Assembly: GCA_903824495.1 (NCBI GenBank)
Contig: CAIJXB010000061.1
Span: 13,569 to 77,568 of the forward strand
Direction: 5' to 3'
DNA length: 64,000 bases
Source: an uncultured Chlamydiae bacterium
GTDB lineage: Bacteria > Chlamydiota > Chlamydiia > Chlamydiales > Rhabdochlamydiaceae
Shown: positions 20,097 through 26,379 of the stretch, piece after piece
How the letters are laid out: every line of letters begins with the position of its first letter
Numbering within the stretch: position 1 is the first letter of the stretch
Made by a program: the position numbers and the translations under genes
Notes under the pieces: generated by a model
Databases searched by the model: none
Told to the model about the DNA's origin: nothing
What the model saw: the letters and a program-made list of their open reading frames with translations, nothing else

Positions 20097-21328
20097 AAAC
20101 CCCAGGAAAAACCCACTTCTCCATATTGAGTCTTTTCAAGGAAGAACTGACCTTCATAAGAATGTCCATGGTGATACTCTAAGAAAAGACGCATCTTGCG
20201 TCCAAGACCTGAGAGTTTGCTCAGCTCATATCCCGTTTGGATGAAAAGTTCGAGATCCCAATCTCTAATCTGCCAGTTTTCTAAGTGGATGGCTAGGAAT
20301 GGTGTTCCATAGAGTTGATGGTAGTATAATTTTTGACCTAAAATTTTTAACTCTGTTCCATATTTTGCATATAGATATTGCATCGGAAACGACTGATCGC
20401 TATGCAAAATAACGCCGGGACCAAAATAAACTCTTAAATGACCTGATAGCTGATAAGAGGTCATGATCTCAAGAGCTTCAAAGCTTGGATTACGGCGCTT
20501 ATACAAATAGTCAGGGTGGTTGACGATGAACTCATCTCCCAAATGGCTTGAAATGTGATAGAGCCTTGCTCTGAAAGACCATCTATCGTACGCATACGTT
20601 AAAGGGATCCCTAGAAAATAATCGGTATTGACAAGCTCACAAGTTTCGTTGTTTCTATGAGGCACATCGTGGAAGTTAAATACAGCCCAAATAGCTCCTT
20701 CGATCCCGATCTGCAGGGCTCCATTCCATCTAAAGACATCTCTCCAACGAAACAAGGGGAACTCATCTCCGATAGCAACAGAAGCCGCTTCGATCCCAAC
20801 GACATGGTCCCCATAGCGGTAAGCTGCAAAGTTATAGGGCTCTCTTGGGTCTGCAATAACAGGCTGGAACAAAATAGTCGCCTGAGGAAACCAGATCCCC
20901 TCAACTCTCGGCTGCTCTACATACTTTTCCCTCGATGCAATCTCTGACTGGCTCAGTTCCTTGCGCTCAACAGACTGAACTCCCGGTAGATCTTTCACAA
21001 AATTGATAATACTTGTAGAGGTCAGTTCGTTCTTTGGAAGGTTTGTTAGATAGACCTTGTGATCTTTAACAGTGACGATTACCTGGAACTCGTAGAAGTG
21101 CATATCGACAAGGGCTTGGATGTAACCTTCTAAGTAAGGATCTGTCGAATCCTCAAAGTTCTCTACGGGTAAACTATCTGCCCTCGTGAGTAGCACTGGC
21201 TCTATATAGGCCACTTCTTTTGATTCAAGGCCATCGCAGAGGCCTTCACTGTCGGCCTGCAAAGCCGCAATGCCCAAAATACACGATAAAAAACACGCCA
21301 GTCGCTTTGAGAAAATTGATCTATCCAT
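20093..21328 (-). CDS. Secreted BON-domain protein with a DUF1207-like C-terminal region
   Basis: It has a signal peptide (FLSCILGIAALQA) and a BON-like segment (VIVTVKDHKVYLTNLP...FVKDLPGVQSVE). The aromatic-rich C-terminus ends GFSWGF. My recollection is that the roughly 410-aa DUF1207 family is chlamydia-associated, but this was not verified. Confidence 0.55.
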   Translation of the reverse strand: MDRSIFSKRLACFLSCILGIAALQADSEGLCDGLESKEVAYIEPVLLTRADSLPVENFEDSTDPYLEGYIQALVDMHFYEFQVIVTVKDHKVYLTNLPKNELTSTSIINFVKDLPGVQSVERKELSQSEIASREKYVEQPRVEGIWFPQATILFQPVIADPREPYNFAAYRYGDHVVGIEAASVAIGDEFPLFRWRDVFRWNGALQIGIEGAIWAVFNFHDVPHRNNETCELVNTDYFLGIPLTYAYDRWSFRARLYHISSHLGDEFIVNHPDYLYKRRNPSFEALEIMTSYQLSGHLRVYFGPGVILHSDQSFPMQYLYAKYGTELKILGQKLYYHQLYGTPFLAIHLENWQIRDWDLELFIQTGYELSKLSGLGRKMRLFLEYHHGHSYEGQFFLEKTQYGEVGFSWGF

Positions 21329-21463
21329 GAATGCAAGTCCCGGTTTCTTCTGAAGTTAAGAACGCATGTATAAACAATTTTAAGAATTATCCGCAAAAGA
21401 ATTTTGCGAAGATTTTTCTTGCTTTTGAACCCCCTCCACCACTATCATATGCCTTCTTTATTT

Positions 21464-21537
<74 letters not shown>

Positions 21538-21619
21538 CTTTCTTTAAAATCCATGTACAACTTTCTTTAAATGGTTTGTTAGTGTTATACGTAAGATCCT
21601 TTTTTAGAATGGGTTATTT

Positions 21620-21982
21620 ATGGATCGAAAAGTCATTGCAGTTATCACCGCAATTACAGGTGATCGAGTAGTCATTGGAGATGCGGAGTTAAAACATGCA
21701 ATGGAGGAGCATTTTTCTATGCTTCCAACAGATATGCTGCTAGAACTCATTGAAAGGATCTTAAAAGATCCTACGAAGATCTTCGAACAAGAGAAGCTCC
21801 ATCAATATCATCTTTTTTATCGCCTTGACAATCAAAAATACCTAGTGGTAATTATAAAGAAAACACAAACAGGAAACTATTTCTCATCCATGTACAGCAC
21901 TGGAAAAACTATTCGAAATAGCCACAAAGAATTAAAGGAGATCAGCCATGAAGAAAGGAAAAGTATTTTTCCATCCAATTGA
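21620..21982 (+). CDS. Hypothetical small protein (possible BECR-fold / DUF4258-PBECR-like toxin; low confidence)
   Basis: A 120-aa ORF, first gene of a translationally coupled trio. The pattern KHAMEEH...ILKDPTKIF...HLFYRL...YLVVIIKK...SSMYSTG recalls small RelE/barnase-like nuclease families. This was not verified. Confidence 0.35.
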   Translation: MDRKVIAVITAITGDRVVIGDAELKHAMEEHFSMLPTDMLLELIERILKDPTKIFEQEKLHQYHLFYRLDNQKYLVVIIKKTQTGNYFSSMYSTGKTIRNSHKELKEISHEERKSIFPSN

Positions 21983-22220
21983 CGGTTCAGGCTCTTTGAC
22001 TATTTCCTGGAGCTCTACCCCCAAGGGAGATGCTATTGACGCAAAAAAAGGATCTGGTGTTGGCTTCTTTTCTGAATCTAAAGATTTACTTGCGGTCATT
22101 TTTGATGAAGTAAAAGAATCTGAAGACCAGCAAACCTTAGAATTTGATCAAGTCCTCATTGAAGTGACTGTAAAAAATGGGGAGGCTACGTACGCACTAA
22201 CCTCCAAAAAAACCTTATGA
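21948..22220 (+). CDS. Hypothetical small protein (possible DUF2283-like antitoxin partner; low confidence)
   Basis: A 90-aa ORF with a strong AAGGAG SD 7 nt before the ATG. It overlaps the upstream ORF by 35 nt, and its TGA overlaps the ATG of the GNAT gene (ATGA). Confidence 0.35.
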   Translation: MKKGKVFFHPIDGSGSLTISWSSTPKGDAIDAKKGSGVGFFSESKDLLAVIFDEVKESEDQQTLEFDQVLIEVTVKNGEATYALTSKKTL

Positions 22221-22663
22221 ATTCTGTAGAAATTAGGATGGCAACCTCCACTGAACAGATTCAATCGTGTTACATAGCTATACGCCAACTTCGCCCTCAT
22301 ATAACAGAAAAATTAGCATTCGTCGAACAAGTACAGCGTCAATTAAAAGAAGGATATCATCTAGCATATATTGAAGCAGATGGTGAAGTGAAAGCTCTTG
22401 TTGGATTTAGATTTTTGGAATTCTTAGCATGGGGAAAGGTATGCTACATTGATGATTTAATCACCGACTCGGAAACGAGGAGAAATGGCCATGGTGGAAA
22501 ACTCTTAAAATGGGTAATTGAGCAGGCAAAAAAAGAAAACTGCGACCAAGTTCATCTGGATAGTGGCCCACAACGTCTTGATGCACACAGGCTATACTTG
22601 AATCACGGATTTAAAATTATTGGGCATCACTTCGCTCTAAATTTTAAAGAGACACCCTTTTGA
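22217..22663 (+). CDS. GNAT-family N-acetyltransferase
   Basis: A 148-aa ORF with acetyl-CoA motif A (RRNGHGGKLLKWVIEQAKK) and the DSGPQRLDAHRLYLNHGFKI tail. Confidence 0.85.
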   Translation: MNSVEIRMATSTEQIQSCYIAIRQLRPHITEKLAFVEQVQRQLKEGYHLAYIEADGEVKALVGFRFLEFLAWGKVCYIDDLITDSETRRNGHGGKLLKWVIEQAKKENCDQVHLDSGPQRLDAHRLYLNHGFKIIGHHFALNFKETPF

Positions 22664-22851
22664 CCATGCCCGCCATCTTGACCGTCTACATTCCCAGATC
22701 CATCAGCACCATGCTCTCCATCTTTAGCGCGCATAGATTCGCAAGTGTTCGACTCTTGCGAATTGCACTCTTTTGTATCACAAGCTGTCATCGAAACCGA
22801 GGCCACAAGAAGTAATCCAAATAACATTGTTGAAACGATCCTGCTTTTCAT
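22627..22851 (-). CDS. Small Gly/Asp/His-rich lipoprotein-like peptide (74 aa), third of three tandem peptide genes
   Basis: MKSRIVSTMLFGLLLVASVSMTA|CDTKECNSQESNTCESMRAKDGEHGADGSGNVDGQDGGHGQKGVSLKFRAK. AAGGA lies before the ATG at 22851. It shares the DGQDG motif with the upstream peptide. The track's longer ORF (to 22947) is the same frame run back through the upstream peptide gene. Confidence 0.6.
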   Translation of the reverse strand: MKSRIVSTMLFGLLLVASVSMTACDTKECNSQESNTCESMRAKDGEHGADGSGNVDGQDGGHGQKGVSLKFRAK

Positions 22852-22861
22852 TTTTAATCCT

Positions 22862-23020
22862 TTATTTTTTTTTGCCATCTTGTCCATCACTTCCTTTCCC
22901 CAAAGGGCCTGTACCACCGCTGCCACCATTACCGCCATTTCCAGCATAGGCTTTAATCGATGTGGTTGATGTCACTAAGAGTGAAAGAACAAAGAGGACT
23001 TTGAATAGAGGAAGTCTCAC
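22862..23020 (-). CDS. Small secreted Gly-rich peptide (52 aa), not in the ORF track
   Basis: The GTG at 23020 overlaps the TGA stop of the upstream peptide (GTGA), and GGAG lies 7 nt upstream. It translates as (M)RLPLFKVLFVLSLLVTSTTSIKAYA|GNGGNGGSGGTGPLGKGSDGQDGKKK*, ending in a TAA at 22862-22864. Confidence 0.5.
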   Translation of the reverse strand: MRLPLFKVLFVLSLLVTSTTSIKAYAGNGGNGGSGGTGPLGKGSDGQDGKKK

Positions 23021-23184
23021 TTACTATCTCCGCCATGACCGCCATGACCACCAGGTCCTCCATGCCCAGCAGCACCACCAGAGTGACTACCTTGACCACC
23101 AGGGCCTCCGTTTGCAGCATGTAGAGTTGGATCTATTACGAACATAGAAACTGCGATTGCTACTGAAATTTTTTTGAAAATCAT
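23017..23184 (-). CDS. Small secreted Gly/His-rich peptide (55 aa)
   Basis: MIFKKISVAIAVSMFVIDPTLHA|ANGGPGGQGSHSGGAAGHGGPGGHGGHGGDSK. AAGGAG lies 7 nt before the ATG at 23184. The track's longer ORF starts at 23304. Confidence 0.6.
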   Translation of the reverse strand: MIFKKISVAIAVSMFVIDPTLHAANGGPGGQGSHSGGAAGHGGPGGHGGHGGDSK

Positions 23185-23421
23185 ACTGAACTCCTTAAAT
23201 GTTTCTTTTGGGAGATCTTTATGCAATCCTATTTTATAGACTGTCAAGGACAATGGATAAAATGCTCCCACTCTCCAGCTGCATTTGCAACACAATCGCA
23301 ACACAGTTCGGCCCTATTTTGGTTAGCAAAGCTCAGCCATCACCAGTTGAAAGAAAGGAATCAGATGAGGCACTCTACTAGTGTAAGCAGCAAATGAGTG
23401 CTGACGGCGATGGAAAAGGAA

Positions 23422-23475
23422 GCTGACTCATAAGCCGCTCTTTGTAGGTTCAAGTCCTACTTGCCCCACTTTCTT
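23422..23475 (+). repeat. Pseudo-tRNA 3' fragment / att-like direct repeat of the tRNA-CAU 3' end
   Basis: Positions 23444-23475 are identical to 21513-21544 (gtaggttcaagtcctacttgccccactttctt, 32 bp). Similarity extends upstream with a few mismatches into the anticodon arm (gctgactcataagccgc vs gcggactcataatccgt). There is no 5' half, so this is not a functional tRNA. Confidence 0.85.
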
Positions 23476-23511
23476 AACTAACGCAATCTCTATTACGATA
23501 ATTTTTCTGAA

Positions 23512-24747
23512 TTATGTGATGTTTCGGTTCCATAAAGGAATGGTTTGAAGATGTTTCGAAATTGCGTTACGTGCTTCCTTATTTAAAGGAAGGTCTCCAA
23601 CTGTTTTCCAGCTTTCAGAAAAGGCTTGCACAGTTTCTTTCACAGTATCCAGGACTAGATTTTCAGGTAATAGAGTTTTGGCAGCAAAACGTTTGAACTG
23701 GTCCAATGTAAGAGATCCAAAGTCTTTATTATCTACAAATTTTAAAGAGAGTGAATCTTCGGGCAAATAAAGAATTGTTGAAACAAAATCATATGCAGGC
23801 GCAAGCGATGGTTTATTCCTCTCTCTATAAATAAGAGACCAATTTTTTAGATGCATATCGCCATTTCCAATGAGTGCATTAAAAACAAATCGCTTGATAA
23901 ATTCTACAACACCAGGTTCTCCAACTTCGCGCCAAATGACGTCTGCTATATTTCGATAACTTGCCTGTTTATACTTCTTTTCAGGATAAACACCAAAAAC
24001 CTGTGCGAAATCTTCTATATGGATTTTATCGTCACTTTCAGTTCTGTCAAAGCGTTTGATAACAAATACATTATCCACCAGCTGCTCAAAGTCTTTAGGA
24101 AGTCCTTGCACTTGATTAACAGGAATCAAACTAGTTTGAGGAACATCAATGCCTATTCTTCTAGCTAATTCCATCATTGTGTATTCATTTTCGGGAACAT
24201 CTTTGAATCTAGTGTGTGGGAGTTTTATAATCCATCCTCCTCCAATTCCATTTACAGGGATGGTCAATCCATGATCGTCTTCTACGGCTGAGAATTTCAA
24301 TTGGACTCCAGCTAATGAAAAACGCAGAAGGACTTCTTTCTTTTTTTCGCTTTTTAATTTTGAGAGGTCTTCTTGAAAAAGCTTTCCATTATCAATGGAT
24401 TCAATTGTAAGCGCTCCAGGTAAATCTTGCCCAAGAGCTTCTAAAAGAGAAAATTCATGTTTGGGATTAAGATTTGCGCGTTTTGCTAAATAGTCGCGCA
24501 AGGGTCCCTCTGGCAAAAGATTCGCAAAAAATGGGGAAAGGCGTGTCTGCGTAATCTCTGAATCTGTGATGAGTTCCCCTAGAACATTTTTAAAAGATAG
24601 ACTAAGAGTAGGGCGAGAGGGGTTCTGAATGTAGTCGGAATCGAATACAAACAGGTTTTTATCACCGGGCAAATGAGTTATTGTACCGATTTGATCGTTA
24701 TACAAAAGAACTTTGAGCGTTTTGGTATCAGTCGTCATCGCTGTCAT
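23512..24747 (-). CDS. hipA: HipA-family Ser/Thr kinase toxin (type II TA)
   Basis: A 411-aa ORF with the N-terminal coupling motif FSLAGVQLKFS and the catalytic GNGDMHLKNWSLIY (GNxDxHxKN). It overlaps the upstream HTH gene by 20 nt. Confidence 0.9.
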   Translation of the reverse strand: MTAMTTDTKTLKVLLYNDQIGTITHLPGDKNLFVFDSDYIQNPSRPTLSLSFKNVLGELITDSEITQTRLSPFFANLLPEGPLRDYLAKRANLNPKHEFSLLEALGQDLPGALTIESIDNGKLFQEDLSKLKSEKKKEVLLRFSLAGVQLKFSAVEDDHGLTIPVNGIGGGWIIKLPHTRFKDVPENEYTMMELARRIGIDVPQTSLIPVNQVQGLPKDFEQLVDNVFVIKRFDRTESDDKIHIEDFAQVFGVYPEKKYKQASYRNIADVIWREVGEPGVVEFIKRFVFNALIGNGDMHLKNWSLIYRERNKPSLAPAYDFVSTILYLPEDSLSLKFVDNKDFGSLTLDQFKRFAAKTLLPENLVLDTVKETVQAFSESWKTVGDLPLNKEARNAISKHLQTIPLWNRNIT

Positions 24748-25039
24748 CCTTATTTGGTAGTTGGTAGGCTGGAGTTGACTTTTGCACTAATGATGTATTT
24801 TGAATGGCATTGATGGCAGGTAAGAGGTTGCGTGGTACCAATATGAGCTCTAAGTCAAGAGCTCTTGCAATCTCGATAAGACTGGAGGTCTGGAGATCAA
24901 CCATTCCATTTTCAATTTTAGAAATATGGCTTTGAGGGACGCCAATTTTAGTGCTAAGAGCTCTTTGACTAAGTCCCTTTTTTTTGCGGCCAATCTTGAT
25001 GTTTTTTGCTAGTTCTTCAACGGAATAAGCCATTTTCAC
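24728..25039 (-). CDS. hipB: XRE-family HTH antitoxin (HipB-like)
   Basis: KKKGLSQRALSTKIGVPQSHISKIENG is a Cro/C1-type HTH. The start is either the GTG at 25039 or the ATG at 25033. Confidence 0.85.
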   Translation of the reverse strand: MKMAYSVEELAKNIKIGRKKKGLSQRALSTKIGVPQSHISKIENGMVDLQTSSLIEIARALDLELILVPRNLLPAINAIQNTSLVQKSTPAYQLPNKDDSDDD

Positions 25040-25055
25040 CCCTATGAGCTTCTTA

Positions 25056-25114
25056 TTTTATATATTAAAACATATCGAATATACGGGTCAAGCGATATGT
25101 TTTAATATATAAAA
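25056..25114. promoter_or_regulatory. Candidate hipBA operator/promoter: perfect 22-bp inverted repeat
   Basis: ttttatatattaaaacatatcg (25056-25077) and cgatatgttttaatatataaaa (25093-25114) are exact reverse complements with a 15-bp spacer. In the gene direction the spacer contains cTTGACc (-35-like), and the promoter-proximal arm contains TAATAT 17-18 nt later. A third, degenerate half-site, tgatatgttattatatata, lies at 25124-25142. Confidence 0.6.
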
Positions 25115-25283
25115 AGGCGCAACTGATATGTTATTATATATATTTAAGCCCACCCACAAAAAAACGGAATTACCTGAAAAACCGAGCATAAACCACTTAT
25201 AATTAGGCGCATTTAACAAAAGCCCATTTAGTTACTAAAGAATCCCTAATAACTGACCCATCCTATTCTTAAAAAGTGATAGA

Positions 25284-26234
25284 TCAATCGGTTTCCGAAA
25301 AACTGATATAGGCATTCAGTAGATTAAGAATTTCTTGAGGTAGATCTTTTGAAAGACATTGTTCGATGAAATCAGAAGGTTCTTTGGTCTCATTCAGAAG
25401 TTTCAAAAAGTCATTAATGTCGGCATCATGCAGAGCCAAAAAAGACAAAAGAGCCTTATCTTCAAAAAGACATGCCGGAAACTGCACAAGAATCGAAACA
25501 AGAGCCCCTACCCCCACTTTAGTCGAATCGAAATAAACCCTTTGCTTTACAATTTTTCCTACTAAATCGTTAAGGCTATAACGCAATGCTATAGGAAGAA
25601 TGTAATCTAGGTCGTCTACTAAATAATAGCGCAAATAACCGCAACACTCCCTTAGAGTTTGTATAATCTGCCCATCATCCGGATCATCCTCCGTCACATC
25701 ATTACAAAGACTAAGAAACAGATCTTTAGCGGCGCTTTTTGCATTTAATTCCCTTCGGTATTCTTCGTCACTTAAAACACTGGGAGCCGAACGCTTCTTT
25801 GACCTCAAGCCGTATTGTTGACGAGCTTTCTCTTCACGCACATTTCTTTGATTTTCTACATAGATTGTTCTCTCTTCTGGAGTCAAACTTTCAAGCTCTT
25901 GGACTTTTTCTTTAACCTTTAGGACAAAAAGATCTTGAACCTTTTTTAGATCTTCAGGCAGTAGTAACTCTTCAAGTTCAGAATAGGTACCTTGCAGAGC
26001 CTCAATCTTACCTGCGAGTAAAGGATACTGATCCAGACCCTGAGACTTTAAAACATTTTCACTTAAAGCCCTTAAAGCCACGATTGCAACACCAAAATCT
26101 CCCTCTTTTTCCACCTGGATTACGAGCTGCTCTTGAAATGAGGCTGCATATTGCATGATTTGTGTAGGATTTAAAGGCGTCATATTACTCACATTAAATT
26201 TAAATAAAAAATATATGGAGCGATATTTTGACAT
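25284..26234 (-). CDS. Hypothetical protein (no domain recognised; possible effector)
   Basis: A 316-aa helical, charged ORF. An alternative start is MTPLNP at 26183. Both flanking intergenic regions are AT-rich. Confidence 0.55.
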   Translation of the reverse strand: MSKYRSIYFLFKFNVSNMTPLNPTQIMQYAASFQEQLVIQVEKEGDFGVAIVALRALSENVLKSQGLDQYPLLAGKIEALQGTYSELEELLLPEDLKKVQDLFVLKVKEKVQELESLTPEERTIYVENQRNVREEKARQQYGLRSKKRSAPSVLSDEEYRRELNAKSAAKDLFLSLCNDVTEDDPDDGQIIQTLRECCGYLRYYLVDDLDYILPIALRYSLNDLVGKIVKQRVYFDSTKVGVGALVSILVQFPACLFEDKALLSFLALHDADINDFLKLLNETKEPSDFIEQCLSKDLPQEILNLLNAYISFSETD

Positions 26235-26379
26235 AATTACAGATTAAATTCAATCACATAGAAAAGCTACCTCAGAGACGTCTTAGACCTTCTTTAGGTC
26301 TACACAATCTGCAAAAGCTAAAGAACAAAATTAGTGCGATGTGCTACAAAAAAATTAATCATTACTACATGGATAGATT

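Noticed and set aside
22217-22663. Calling the GNAT a TacT/AtaT-type tRNA-acetylating toxin outright.
   Set aside because: The upstream 90-aa partner does not look like an RHH/DUF1778 antitoxin, and the GNAT sequence looks like a generic small acetyltransferase. It is kept only as a hypothesis within the operon finding.
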